A stretch of DNA of 64,000 nt from an uncultured Methanosarcinales archaeon. Its GTDB lineage: Archaea; Halobacteriota; Methanosarcinia; Methanotrichales; Methanotrichaceae. Positions 10,708-21,647 of this stretch are shown here, one piece after another (position 1 is the first letter of the stretch; the number at the start of each line of letters is the position of its first letter). The stretch lies in NCBI GenBank assembly GCA_963843555.1, contig CAWJKV010000002.1:160001-224000 (forward strand), given 5' to 3'. The position numbers were made by a program, and so were the translations under genes. The notes beneath the pieces were generated by a model, which saw only the letters and a list, made by a program, of their open reading frames with translations, was not told where the DNA came from and searched no databases.

Positions 10708-11190
10708 TTACTGGCTCATTAAGATTTCGTAGGTATCCTTGTGCGGATTGATGAGCAGCTTTTCCGCAATCTCCCTGGCATTCATCTCGGCTTCGGGACG
10801 AAGGCTATTGAAGTACAGCTTCCAGACGGTCGCCTTCTTCACATCCACCACATTCTTGAAGCCCAGGCGGCTTCGCAGCCGCTCCCGCGTGGAGATGGCC
10901 TCGCCGTCCTCGATATGCAGGGCGACCTTCACCGGCACATAGCCTTCCTCGAACTCCAGAGTATCGATGAGAACTTTGTGGCTCTCTTTGTTCTCATTGA
11001 CCAGCTCTCTGGCAAAGCTCCTGGCCAGCTCTTCCGGGTCTCCGGAATCGACCTCAATGCTGAAGAGCCGCTCCTTCTTCACATCTTCCAGAACGTTTCC
11101 ATAGCCCAGGCGTCGCACCAGAGTGTTCTTCACAGTGGCCGCTTCCGCATCCGGGATCTTCAGCCAGACCCGCAAATTGATCATGATCAT
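10708..11190 (-). CDS. purS: Phosphoribosylformylglycinamidine synthase subunit PurS (tandem double domain)
   Basis: Two PurS-like repeats ending LVNENKE and LLINPHKD; in an operon with purQ and purL. Confidence 0.75.
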   Translation of the reverse strand: MIMINLRVWLKIPDAEAATVKNTLVRRLGYGNVLEDVKKERLFSIEVDSGDPEELARSFARELVNENKESHKVLIDTLEFEEGYVPVKVALHIEDGEAISTRERLRSRLGFKNVVDVKKATVWKLYFNSLRPEAEMNAREIAEKLLINPHKDTYEILMSQ

Positions 11191-11324
11191 GCGGTGCGGT
11201 ATCGGAACCGAATCAGCGCCAGATCATCCCCAGCATCGACATCCTCGGCACCAGCATCGATATCCGCATCGACACCAGCATCGACTTCTGCATCAAGACT
11301 CTCACTATCCGATTCCATTAGCAT
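11187..11324 (-). CDS. Small acidic ORF (about 45 aa) between purQ and purS
   Basis: MLMESDSESLDAEVDAGVDADIDAGAEDVDAGDDLALIRFRYRTA*; GAGGTGA upstream; ATGA overlap with purS. Confidence 0.4.
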   Translation of the reverse strand: MLMESDSESLDAEVDAGVDADIDAGAEDVDAGDDLALIRFRYRTA

Positions 11325-12117
11325 GGATTCACCTCAATGTAGCGCTTCATAGACTCGAAGACCCGTCTTCCGGGTCCAGGCTCATCCGGCCTTTGCTTTC
11401 TCGGATCGAAGGAGGGAAGCTGCCAGGCGAAGAATGACTCTCTCCGGGTGGGGCATCATTCCCAGAACATTTCCTTCCGGATTGCAGATGGCTGCGATGC
11501 TCTCAGTGCTGCCGTTCACATTCACCGGGAACTCATTTATGACCCTGCCGTTCTTATCGCAATAGCGGAAGACCACCTGTTCTTGATCGTTCAGCATTTT
11601 CAGAAGACCCGGAGATGTCGTTACCAGATTCCCCTCACCGTGGGCGATGGGGATCTTCAAGAGAGCGCCCATCTCGATCAAGAAGGAGCCGCTGCACCTC
11701 CTGGATGAGGCGTCATGTCTCAGGTTGACCCAGTCGCAGTAGTAGCCCCGGCGAACGATGTTTCCCTTGGAGACCATCACATTCTGGGCCAGGGCCATAT
11801 CCACGTTTCCCGAACCGGGCAGGAGACCGGTCTCCACCAGGATCTGGAATCCGTTGCAGATGCCGATGATGGGCTTGCCAATGGCAGCCTCCTCCTTGAG
11901 AGCCGCCAGGACCGGCTCTTTGGAGGCAATCACGCCTGCTCGCACCCGGTCTTGGTAAGAGAAGCCTCCAGGAATGACGAATCCGTCAAAGCCCGGACAG
12001 CTCGCCTGCCGGCCGGTTCCAGCGGAAGAGCTCTCCCTCCATGCCGACCGCTTTCACTGCCACCAGAGTTTCAAACTCGCAGTTCGTGCCAGGGAACTGC
12101 ATTACTGCGATCTTCAT
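11318..12117 (-). CDS. purQ: Phosphoribosylformylglycinamidine synthase subunit PurQ, frameshifted
   Basis: MKIAVMQFPGTNCE, GICNGFQIL, IAHGEG, GMMPHPER. Confidence 0.9.
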
Positions 12118-14450
12118 CTCATCGCCTCCACAAGACCCGTGGTCCATGCTGCTCTTGCCTCATCCAGGTCCAGGTCGGCCACAGTCTCGCCTGATCTTGA
12201 CATTTTAATCCGTCTCTTGCTTGTTACCTGGCCGATATGCATCGGCTCCAGGTTATGACTTCCTCAGAAGCTCCTCCAGTCTGGCCTCCTTTCCGGATTT
12301 TGCTTCCAGGACAAAACCAGAGGACTCAGAGAAGAGCAGTTTGTCGGTTCTCATACCGAGGTCTCCGGACGGGACACAGTCCAGATTCAGATCGAATCCG
12401 AACCTTGCAGGCCTGGTCAGTGCCATCTCCATTACTGTCGCCGCCAGGCCGCCGTTGGAGATGTCATGCGCTGCTGCGAGCAGGCCCTCATCTATGGCGT
12501 CGATGACGGCATAGATCATGCTCCTCTCCAGATCGAACCGGACAATGGGAACATTTGCTCCCATGACCCCGAATATGGTTCGGTAGTACTCCGAGCCGCC
12601 CAGCTCGTCAAATCTCGGCCCGATCAGATAGAGCCTGTCGCCGGGAGCCTTCAGCTCCATGGTGATGGCTTTGCTGAAGTCCTTCATGATGCCCACGCAG
12701 GCGACCACGGGTGACGGGTCCACTGAGCCCTGGGGCGATTCATTGTAGAAGCTCACATTGCCGGAGACTATTGGAACAGGCAGCTGCTGATCTCCATAGC
12801 CCTTCAGCCAGATCTTCTTGCAGGATTCGGCGAGGCCCTTCACGCCTTCCCGGAACTCCCAGAAGGCTTCCGGCTTCTCAGGGTTGCCGTAGTTCAGGCA
12901 GTCGGTTAGAGTTGATGGCGTGGCGCCGATGGCGGCCACATTTCTCATGGCCTCGGCCACGGCTGTAGCTCCGCCCCAGTAGGGACTGATTCTGCCGTAG
13001 AAGGGATTGGAGTCCACAGCTCAAGGCTACACCGAACTTCTCGCCCCGGACAGGCGCAATCAGTCCGGCGTCCGCCTCTCCAGGCCGGATCACGGCGTTG
13101 CCCATGACCTCGGTATCGTAGTATCTGTAGACATGCTCCCGGGAAGCGATGTTGGGGGAGTGCAGAATCTTGAGGAGGACCTCATTGTAGTCCGCAGGCT
13201 CCTCGAATTCCGGCTCGGCCTCGCTGTAGATGCGCTCCTGTTCCGGACGTTCGTAGCGGATGCCTGCTGTCAGGTGCTGTATCGGCACATCGCAGACGGT
13301 CTCGCCCTTATACTGGACTGTAAATCTGTCGCCGCGTATTTATCTTGCCCACGACGCTGGCTCTTGCGCCCTCGTAGACGTTGGGCAGGTCCCAGTCCTC
13401 GTTGTAGATCTTGAGTATCTTCTCGCGTAGCTCCGGCGGCGAGACGATCAGGAAACGCTCCTGGGTCTCGGCGATGCTCAGCACCTCGGGAGGGAAGTCG
13501 CCGGCTTTGTGCATCTCGTCCAGGTTGATCTCCATGCCAAAGCCGCCTGCAGAGCCCATCTCGGATGTGGCGCAGGTGAAGCCGCCGCCGCCCAGATCCT
13601 TGAAGCCGATCTCGATGCCCGACTCGCGGACCAGTCGGAAGAGATCGTCATTGGCCTTGAAGAGCACATTCTTCAGGAAGGGGTCCGGGATCTGCACAGC
13701 GCCGCGGTTGGTCTCCTCGTCTTCTTCTCGCAGGGCCTCAGAGGCGAAGGTGACGCCCCCGAGACCCGATGAGTCGGTCGGCTTGCCGATGAGGATCACG
13801 TCGTAGCCCCCGGCCCCTGCCAGGGGAGGCGCCCGCGAGCGGATGATCTGGTCGCGGCGGACGATGCCCAGGGAGACGACGTTCACCAGGCAGTTGTCGT
13901 CGAAGCTCTCGTTGAAGACTATGTCGCCGCCCATGTTGGGCACGCCCAGAGCATTGCCGTACTGCCAGATTCCGTCCACCACGCCCTCAGCCACCCAGCG
14001 CACCTTGCTGGCCTTGGGGCCGTAAGGGTCGCCGAAGCGCAGCGGATCGGCTGTGGCGACCACAGTCGCCCCCATGCAGTTCACGTCGCGGACAATTCCA
14101 CCGATGCCTGTCGCTGCGCCTTCGTTGGGCAGGATCTGGCTGGGGTGGTTGTGGCTCTCGTGGGATATGACGACGCACCAGTTGTCATCGATGGCAACTA
14201 TTCCGGAGTCCTCGACCGGGCCCATGACGACGTTGGGGCCGTCGGTGGGAAGGAATTCTTTCAGTGTGGCGCGGGAGCTCTTGTAGGAGCAGTGCTCCGA
14301 CCACATGGCATCATAGCAGTATAACTCGGTGAGGCTGGGGTCGCGGCCCAGAACCTCGGCAATGGAACGCGCTTCTGCGACGGACATGCCTATACCGGCA
14401 TCGCGCAGACTGGATTCTACTTCAGGATCGGCAAGACCGATTATCTTCAA
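12114..14450 (-). CDS. purL: Phosphoribosylformylglycinamidine synthase subunit PurL, several frameshifts
   Basis: MWSEHCSYKSS, ESHNHPS, GAATGIGGIVRD, DCLNYGNPE, SGNVSFYNE, HDISNGG across three ORFs. Confidence 0.92.
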
Positions 14451-15139
14451 TTCGGGTACACCTCTGCAATTATGCGCTATTCATTCGAGGAGCGTTATGA
14501 ATTTATCGATCCGAGAGGAAGGGAATGGGGGGTATGAAAAGGTGTGAAAACGACGGGAAAGTGGGCGGGGATGAGGGCGAGATAAAGGTCCCAATGGGGG
14601 AGATCTGCCAGATCGGTATACTAGAGGAGGAGAGGTTGGAGAGATTACTGCCCCTGGGATTATCGAGTACTAATCACAGGAGCAGCAAATGATGTGGATC
14701 CATGAGCTTGACTGGTCCAAGGGAAGGGCGGCAGAGCGGGTAGTTGAAATTCTTTAGTCCGAAAAGGCTTTGTAGAGAGTCACATCTATGCCCCCAAGTG
14801 GATCTGAGAATATCGTGATATCCAAGCCAAGCCAACGATGATTAATACTGCCTCAAGGTAATCCAGGGCTTACGACCCGTTTCTTACTCGCTTCCGCAAT
14901 GGACCTAATTAGTAGTCCAATATTTCCGGAAACTGGCCGACCGGCGTTCTGAATGAATTTGGGTAGCAGCGGGGAAGCGTTCTTATCGAAAAGCCGTATA
15001 TTTCTGAAATTGAAAATTATGGATATATAATAAAGATTCTCTGCCTATCAGCTAGCAATGTCTTAAGTATATTTATGAATGTTTACGATGGGTAAAATGT
15101 TCAGTAGCGGATCTGCATTCATGGCATGTCGAACTTAAG

Positions 15140-16350
15140 TTTTTTGTATTTTAATAACGGAGCTGGAATTAATCAAAGTTCCTTCTTAAGATACAATCTC
15201 CTTGGGCGATAAGTAATAATGCCTGCTTAGCCGGAGAACTATAAAGAGGTACCTCGCCACTAGTGGATGATTTTTATCCAATAGCTTTAAAATTGGAGGC
15301 AATACAACTATATAGCATGAAGAATATAACTTATTGTATGAATATATTGGTAAAAACTGGAGGAAAAACAAGAATGATCTGAAAACAGGTAGATTAAGTT
15401 TAGAAGATTGTTTTACTCTTATTGAAGTGCAATTAAATTCGAGCTATTGCAAAGTAACGATACTGGAAAAATAAATGACATTGAGGAAAATAAAATATGC
15501 ACTCACATTGATAATTGACGAACGGAATCTAATTAACCTATTTGAGAAAGAATCCTTTCAATAGAATTAGGGCCACAGATTATTATCGCCACGCTTCTGA
15601 CGAGATGCTACATGAGGCTGATTAGCGAAGATATTAATCATAGATACGAAAATAAATCTGACTTATAACATTCAATTACGATTACTTTATTGAGCATTCT
15701 ACAGAAACTAGCTTCGAAATTCAAAGTCGATCCAACCTGCGATTCGAAGGTTGTTTGGGGCTGGAGAAAAAGCTCTTGGTTATGGCATTACAATCTTGAA
15801 ATTGAAAGATCGAGACATATCAATCTTTCAAATGGAGACAAGTGGATTAAAGGAGAAGATTCCACATGAATGAGAGGTCTCCTGCCCATGGAGTTTATTA
15901 AAATTGCAGGATTGTTAAATTGGGACTTTCAAAGACTAATGCCCTTGCACATCATCCTGATTTTGCAGATGAACCGAAATTCCCATTGCCAACGGAAACT
16001 AGCCAAGCGAACAAATCTCTTCGATTTTGGGAGAGTCAAGGAATCCAATGACTATGGGCAATTTTGACTCATTAATGGACAGATATGAATTAAAAAGAGA
16101 AATCGGGCCGATTTATTATAGCACCAGAAATCCATAGAAACCTATTCTGCTTACAAGAAAAAATTATTGCACATGTTTTTGTTTGATTTATGGGAATCAG
16201 CGGAAAAAGACGACCTTCTAGGAGCAAAACTTTAAGGGTTATGAATAAGGGTGGATTCATTTCCTGAATCAGATATCCGAACAAGAGAACTATTTGAGAG
16301 GGCTTTCTGTAGGAATAATGCAGAAAGACTTAGGAGTAGCTAATTCCAGA
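15140..16350 (+). pseudogene. Heavily disrupted SIR2-like (SIR2_2) NAD+-dependent defence-type gene
   Basis: Ordered motifs in shifting frames: GAG (15159), PLVDDF (15257), ITFNYD (15665), LLKL(h)G.LNW (15895), DLWESA, SFPESD (16257); AT-rich. Confidence 0.6.
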
Positions 16351-16571
16351 CAAATCAATTGATTTCAAAGCAAAAAAGCTATGAAACCTTAATAAATCAA
16401 TAACCCGATATGACGAGCTTAAAGACGTACCTCGGATCGCTGGGCATGTGGTAACCTTTCATATCCTAAAACCGCTTTGCCTCCTGATAGCCCTTAGACT
16501 GGTTCTTTGGCTGTCTTGGCATCCCTTAACATATACTCAATGGTGCAGGGACCGGGCAGATCACTGGGACC

Positions 16572-16668
16572 GCCCGCATGCTCCCGCGCCCGTGAGCGAG
16601 CGACCCTTCCGGGCTCCCGGCTCCGACCGCTGCCACCCACAGGGCTGCCGGGCCGGAGGGCGAGCGCC
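16572..16668. repeat. GC-rich structured repeat R, copy 1
   Basis: gcgcccgtgagc...ccgggctcccggctccgaccgctgccacccacagggctgccgggccggagggcgagcgcc. Confidence 0.85.
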
Positions 16669-16795
16669 GCCAGGCTCCTGATGTGTTTCCATGAGATCCC
16701 GGTCAAACTGAAACCGCGGTGCTTTTCTCCAACTGAGCAACTTTTTCACGAAAAGTTATTTATGATAATAATGGGTAAAATGGGTAGGAGAATAT

Positions 16796-17059
16796 ATGCC
16801 GCTCGCAAAGATCGATGAAAGAGGAAGAGTGCAACTGCCAAGCCGTCTCCGGCAAAAGATGAAGCTGAAAGAAGGAGATGAATTCGTAGCGGAAGATCTG
16901 GGAGAGGATACGATTGTCCTCAAGAAGATCAACCTGCGGGCACTTCTGGAGGATGCAATTGTTAAAGCTAAGTCGGTAGACCTGGATAAGCTGGAAAAAG
17001 AGATCGAAGAGGAGAGCCTTCAGCTTGCCCGACAGAAGTTCAAGATATCTGCTCGATAA
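16796..17059 (+). CDS. AbrB/MazE-type antitoxin, copy 1
   Basis: AKIDERGRVQLPSRLRQKMKLKEGD. Confidence 0.85.
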   Translation: MPLAKIDERGRVQLPSRLRQKMKLKEGDEFVAEDLGEDTIVLKKINLRALLEDAIVKAKSVDLDKLEKEIEEESLQLARQKFKISAR

Positions 17060-17146
17060 TACCGTCTTCATAGCCGAAGTGTTGCGCAAATGGACTAAGA
17101 GCACTGAACTGATTTATCATCTCCTTGATCGCTGTCAGGAAGCGGG
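17025..17146 (+). pseudogene. Truncated PIN toxin N-terminus
   Basis: Reads SRYLLDNTVFIAEV overlapping the AbrB end and runs into a partial R repeat at 17147. Confidence 0.55.
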
Positions 17147-17231
17147 CCCACAGGGCTGCCGGGCTGGCTGAATGGACGCAGGCCCCAGAAAACCAATAGA
17201 CGCGCAGGAGATTCTGGCAAAGCTGTAAGTG

Positions 17232-17489
17232 CTAAATAGATGCACTCAGCTTTAGCTCGACCTGTCCAGCCCCTTGAGGCTTGGTCAGAAGTTTTCCTGC
17301 GCGAAATTCTCTCATGATCTTATCTATTTTTCTTGTAGTCTCGATTGAGAAATAGGCCTCACTGCAGCTATCGCAAACATAGGCCGGCACATCTCTGATT
17401 ACTACCATCTCTCCCTCGACTTTAGCAGTGAAATCGGTTGTGCCCTTCTTGAGCCTCCCTTTTCCGCAACTGCAGATATCGGGAATCAT
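17232..17489 (-). CDS. YgiT/MqsA-type zinc-finger antitoxin
   Basis: CSCG...VIRDVPAYVCDSCSEAY. Confidence 0.8.
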   Translation of the reverse strand: MIPDICSCGKGRLKKGTTDFTAKVEGEMVVIRDVPAYVCDSCSEAYFSIETTRKIDKIMREFRAGKLLTKPQGAGQVELKLSASI

Positions 17490-17494
17490 TTTGA

Positions 17495-17575
17495 CGTTCT
17501 CTCCCTGCAATTTATCCATTTATCTTCATCCGGCAGATACACAGTAACAACTCTGAGATAATCCGGAGAAAGCAG
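17495..17575 (-). pseudogene. C-terminal remnant of a DUF4258-type toxin
   Basis: Reads LRVVTVYLPDEDKWI directly upstream of the YgiT gene. Confidence 0.5.
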
Positions 17576-17616
17576 GCCTGCCGGGCAGCCGTTCCTGAGG
17601 ATGAGCAACTTGGCAT

Positions 17617-17850
17617 TTACAGGTACTCTGCAAATTCTTCGGGATCGACTTTCGCTAGCTTTAGAACGCTTTTCAATGTTCCCGGCTTAAGCTCATCATG
17701 CATCGGAATAACTGTGCCTATCTTGCCTTGCGCCGTGACTTTAGAGAGCCTGACATGGCTTCCCGACTGTCCTGAGACCATGAATCCAAAACGATTGCAC
17801 AAGACTTTGATAACGATTTCCCCGGAGATGTCCCTCTTAAGTTTCGGCAA
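17617..17850 (-). CDS. hicA: HicA toxin
   Basis: GFMVSGQSGSHVRL...VIPMHDELKPGTLKSVL. Confidence 0.85.
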   Translation of the reverse strand: MPKLKRDISGEIVIKVLCNRFGFMVSGQSGSHVRLSKVTAQGKIGTVIPMHDELKPGTLKSVLKLAKVDPEEFAEYL

Positions 17851-18049
17851 CTTCTGTTACCTCAAAGGTGGTTATGAAAGATCTCTCCTTGATCTTTAGG
17901 GGAAACTCTTCCAGATAAAGCTCGGTAGCCTCCTTGAGATTTATCGCGGCCTCCTCAATGGTCTTTCCCTGGCTTGCGGTCCCAACTTCCGGGCACTCGG
18001 CAACGTACATGTCCTCATCTCTATGGATTACTGCGGTAAGTGTGAGCAT
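17837..18049 (-). CDS. hicB: HicB antitoxin
   Basis: YVAECPEVGTASQGKTIEEAAINLKEATELYLE. Confidence 0.88.
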   Translation of the reverse strand: MLTLTAVIHRDEDMYVAECPEVGTASQGKTIEEAAINLKEATELYLEEFPLKIKERSFITTFEVTEVAET

Positions 18050-18202
18050 ACGGATTACTATTAGCTCGGCCAGCTTAAATGTTCTCCGGAAAAATGAAGA
18101 TTCAGTAAGCGAGCGAGGTCATGAACTTCAAATTGAATTCTGCACGGCTTCAACCTACGAACGCAGGCTACAGGCTACCAATGAACAATTCTATACCAAT
18201 GT

Positions 18203-18308
18203 GCCCGCACGCGTGCTCCTGCGCCCGTGAGCTACGCGGGCAGCTGCCCCGGGCTCCCGGCCCCGACCACTGCCACCCACAGGGCTGCCGGGCCGGAGGG
18301 CGAGCGCC
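18203..18308. repeat. Repeat R, copy 2 (start of a ~480-bp duplication of 16572-17044)
   Basis: Near-identical to copy 1 and followed by the same promoter region and AbrB gene. Confidence 0.85.
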
Positions 18309-18435
18309 GCCAGGCTCCTGATGTGTTTTCATGAGATCCCGGTCAAACTGAAACAGCGGTGCTTTTCTCTAACTGAGCAACTTTTTCACGAAAAGTTATT
18401 AATGATAATAATGGGTAAAGTGGGTAGAAGAATAT

Positions 18436-18687
18436 ATGCCGCTCGCAAAGATCGATGAAAGAGGGAGAGTGCAACTGCCAAGCCGTCTCCGGCAAAAGAT
18501 GAAGCTGAAAGAAGGAGATGAATTCGTAGCGGAAGATCTGGGAGAGGATACGATTGTCCTCAAGAAGATCAACCTGCGGGCACTTCTGGAGGATGCAATT
18601 GTTAAAGCTAAGTCGGTAGACCTGGATAAGCTGGAAAAAGAGAACGAAGAGGAGAGCAATCAGCTTGCCCGACAGAAGTTCAAGTAA
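18436..18687 (+). CDS. AbrB/MazE-type antitoxin, copy 2 (no toxin follows)
   Basis: Near-identical to 16796..17059 until caag at 18684. Confidence 0.85.
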   Translation: MPLAKIDERGRVQLPSRLRQKMKLKEGDEFVAEDLGEDTIVLKKINLRALLEDAIVKAKSVDLDKLEKENEEESNQLARQKFK

Positions 18688-18717
18688 TGAACCGGTAGAT
18701 GTAGAAGTAGGCAGACA

Positions 18718-19935
18718 CTATTCGTCATCCATATCGCGGCCAGAACCCATGAATTCGGAAAGCATTTCCACCACGTCTATAGGACGGGCATAATGTGGGA
18801 CTGCTTCATCAGCGCTCATGCCGTTTTCCATATCTTCCACCAATTGAGGGATATCTGAGGCCAAGAACGCCTTAGTTCCTTCTTTGTAGCTTCCCGCTGC
18901 CAGCACGATGATCTCTTTGGGTTTAATCGGGTAGAGATCATGCTTGAGGAATTCCGCACTATGAGTACTGATAATGAGTTGCTTTTTGCCTGCCAGGGCC
19001 GATCCCATATACATGATGAGGCAGAGGCGATGAATGGTTCCTGAGTTTAGATAAGCTTCCGGTTTTTCCAGTATCAGAAGTGGGTTATCTTCCCAATATG
19101 ACCATAAGATGGCAAAGGCTGCCAGGGTTCCATCTGAGAATTTGTCCTGCCCATATTTTGCTCTAGGCCTGCCGATATCGAAGGTGCCCTCCAAGCTAAG
19201 CGAACCTGACTTATCGGAAGTGGCGAAGCGAAGCTTGGGCATCTGGGGCATAGCGATACTGAGGATGTCATCGATGATTCTCATCCTCTTCTCCCGTTCC
19301 GGGGCAGGCATTTTTGCCGCTCTTTGCAGGATATTCCTTCCGAAGGGGTCGCCAGGAATGTCCGCGGGCGGGAATGGATCCTGGTGGCGAAAAAGCATCG
19401 GATTAAAGTTGAGATAGCTAATAGATCCTAAAAAAATGGCCAGTTCTTTGATATCGTTGTTTGTACTGATGCTGACTGTGCGGATGATTGTAGATCTGAT
19501 AGTCTCAAGATACGTCTTATCCGGATTTGTGGCATTTGAGGCATCTATTTTGTCCGGCCGGTCCAGAATAATCTCTCCGCTCTTTCTCACTCTTTCATAG
19601 GCGAGCCTTGGCGATCCGGAAGGATCGGCTGTGATGCCCAGAGAGTAGCGATAGTAGGTTCCGGATGAAACTGAATCTGCCAGGTGCACCTCCAGCTCCA
19701 CCGCTTCTTTCTTCTTAGCAGCCGAAAATTTGATCTTTTCCAGGCCGCCTCGGGTCTGCAGAGCAAAAGAGAGACCACCCTCGGGCCGGGCGATATCGGC
19801 CAGAAAGCGAAGGGCATCGAGGAGATTGGACTTGCCGATGCCGTTCGGTCCCAGGATAAATGTGCGGGGATTCAGTGGAATATCGACCGATTGGAAGTTT
19901 TTCCAGTTCTTTAAAATTAGGCGAGAGATTATCAT
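18718..19935 (-). CDS. AAA_21/SMC-like ABC ATPase (AbiEii/OLD-type defence-associated family)
   Basis: LKNWKNF, GPNGIGKSNLLDAL, FSDGT, LILEKPE, ISTHS. Confidence 0.8.
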   Translation of the reverse strand: MIISRLILKNWKNFQSVDIPLNPRTFILGPNGIGKSNLLDALRFLADIARPEGGLSFALQTRGGLEKIKFSAAKKKEAVELEVHLADSVSSGTYYRYSLGITADPSGSPRLAYERVRKSGEIILDRPDKIDASNATNPDKTYLETIRSTIIRTVSISTNNDIKELAIFLGSISYLNFNPMLFRHQDPFPPADIPGDPFGRNILQRAAKMPAPEREKRMRIIDDILSIAMPQMPKLRFATSDKSGSLSLEGTFDIGRPRAKYGQDKFSDGTLAAFAILWSYWEDNPLLILEKPEAYLNSGTIHRLCLIMYMGSALAGKKQLIISTHSAEFLKHDLYPIKPKEIIVLAAGSYKEGTKAFLASDIPQLVEDMENGMSADEAVPHYARPIDVVEMLSEFMGSGRDMDDE

Positions 19936-20258
19936 TCACTTCACCTTTATATTCTCAGGCTCTCCTGGCATCTCTAATCATATCTCCATCTAATCGGTTC
20001 AATGGTCGGGGAGATGAAAAATGTTTCGAGAAACTGACTCTTGTTGCACCAGAAGAAGGATGCTTTCTTTGTCCCTCGGGCCTGCTCGAACCTACAGCAT
20101 CTTGCAGGAGAGCTTTGAATCTTATGGCCATCAAGGCACACAGGGCTTACGGGCGGGAGGCGAGCGCCTGCTGGTCCACCCACGACGGAGCCTGATGATT
20201 CTCAAGGTTAAGATTCCGAGATAAAGTTATATCTTCTGGCGTTGTATGAACTTCTGAT

Positions 20259-20501
20259 ATGTTCTGCGAATACATCCAGGCTGCTATCTCTATGGCGGTC
20301 TATGAAGTCATAGATGATGAAGAGCCTTATTACGGCGAAGTGCCAGAATTGAAAGGCGTTTGGGCAACCGGTAAAACTCCGGAAGAGTGCCATGAGAATT
20401 TGAAGATGGCCATAGAAGATTGGATTGCGTTTAGTCTACGATTCAATTTGCCTATCCCGGCGATTGAAGGACAGATCATAAAAGCACCTGTCGAGGCCTA
20501 G
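20259..20501 (+). CDS. hicB: HicB antitoxin
   Basis: YYGEVPELKGVWATGKTPEECHENLKMAIEDW. Confidence 0.85.
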   Translation: MFCEYIQAAISMAVYEVIDDEEPYYGEVPELKGVWATGKTPEECHENLKMAIEDWIAFSLRFNLPIPAIEGQIIKAPVEA

Positions 20502-20504
20502 AAC

Positions 20505-20725
20505 ACGTCAAGGTTATGCCCGGTTTCGCGGAAATGAGCTGATAAGAAAGCTGCATGCCCTCGGATTCGAAGGCCCTTATACGGGCAAAGGACCAGATCC
20601 CTTGATGTGGAAAGGAACGATCAGAGTGATGATCCCAAATCCTCATCGGGCTGATATTAGCGCTGATCTGATAAAGAAGATTCTGAGATAGGCGAGATCA
20701 GCAGAGAAGAATGGCTTTCAGCTTA
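20505..20725 (+). pseudogene. hicA: HicA toxin, disrupted
   Basis: ELIRKLHALGFEGPY...IPNPHRADISADLIKKILR followed by a premature TAG; no clean start. Confidence 0.65.
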
Positions 20726-20792
20726 GCGAAAAAAGCTTCCAGGATCTCGGCAAAACGGTTCTTCCTGCTCGCATTCTTCAAGCCCTCTTGCA

Positions 20793-20899
20793 GCCGCATG
20801 CACGTGCTCCCGGCGCTCGTGAGCTGCGTGGGCAACTGCCCAGGCTCCCGGCTCCGACCGCCGCCACCCGAAGGGCTACCGGGCCGGAGGGCGAGCGCC
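20793..20899. repeat. Repeat R, copy 3
   Basis: ggctcccggctccgaccgccgccacccgaagggctaccgggccggagggcgagcgcc. Confidence 0.85.
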
Positions 20900-20950
20900 C
20901 CAGATCTCACCAAAGTTCAAAAGAGTTACAAAGGCTCCTGAATTAGATTA

Positions 20951-21342
20951 TTATTTTGACTCCGGTATCTTGCGTCCCTTTTCCGTGCGATCAAAATCTG
21001 CGTCGAAGCTCATTATCTGCAGGCCATACTTCTGTGCAACAGCATATTGGTAGGCATCATCAAAATCCAGATGAAACTTTTTCGAGACTCCTGCAAGAGC
21101 GAGAACCTCTTCCGGATCTAATCCGATCACAGCTATTCCTGTCTTTACTATTACATCCTTCACGAAGCGGACGTAGTTTCATGTCTATTTCTCTGCAAAA
21201 GGAAAACACCAATGGAGTGAAGCGAGAAATCCGTTATGAAAAGATCTGTGGAGGGATTTGCGATAAACAGATGCTTGGCGGCCTTGCTCTTCTCCCGCTG
21301 CAGCAAGATTTCCAAAAATATGTTTGTGTCAAGGAGGTACAT
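20951..21342 (-). CDS. vapC: PIN/VapC toxin, frameshifted near 21165
   Basis: MYLLDTNIFLE and LDFDDAYQY...SFDADFD in two frames. Confidence 0.75.
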
Positions 21343-21548
21343 CAGGCTCCTCTCATCTTTCCAATCATGTGCTGGAGTTCCGCAGAGGAATACTGCTCTC
21401 CCAGATCCTTTAGGGCACCTTCCCAGTCAAAATCCGGCACCTTTTGCTTCTTTTTGGTTCTTTTCTCCAGCAAAAATTCGGCATAGCTCCGAACTTCTTT
21501 TTGAATGTCTGGAGGCAATTGCTCAACGAACTTAGCGAGGGTTGTCAT
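21342..21548 (-). CDS. DUF2281 antitoxin
   Basis: LPPDIQKEVRSYAEFLL...FDWEGALKDL. Confidence 0.8.
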   Translation of the reverse strand: MTTLAKFVEQLPPDIQKEVRSYAEFLLEKRTKKKQKVPDFDWEGALKDLGEQYSSAELQHMIGKMRGA

Positions 21549-21647
21549 TTCTCTCTTTCAGATATAAGGTGCCCAAGCTTTTAATATTTATCCTAATAGC
21601 CTGGCGGCAAGGAAGATTTCTCTCAATCGTTAACTATGTTTCTGGCT

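Noticed and set aside
12114..14450. Programmed frameshifting or pseudogenisation of purL
   Set aside because: Multiple indels in an essential-type gene match the window-wide sequencing-error pattern
14530..15000. Decayed gene upstream of purL
   Set aside because: No recognisable motifs in any frame
16448..16818. ORFs overlapping repeat R (also 18121..18321, 20711..20941, 21542..21811)
   Set aside because: Open frames arise from the GC-rich repeat; no protein-like signal
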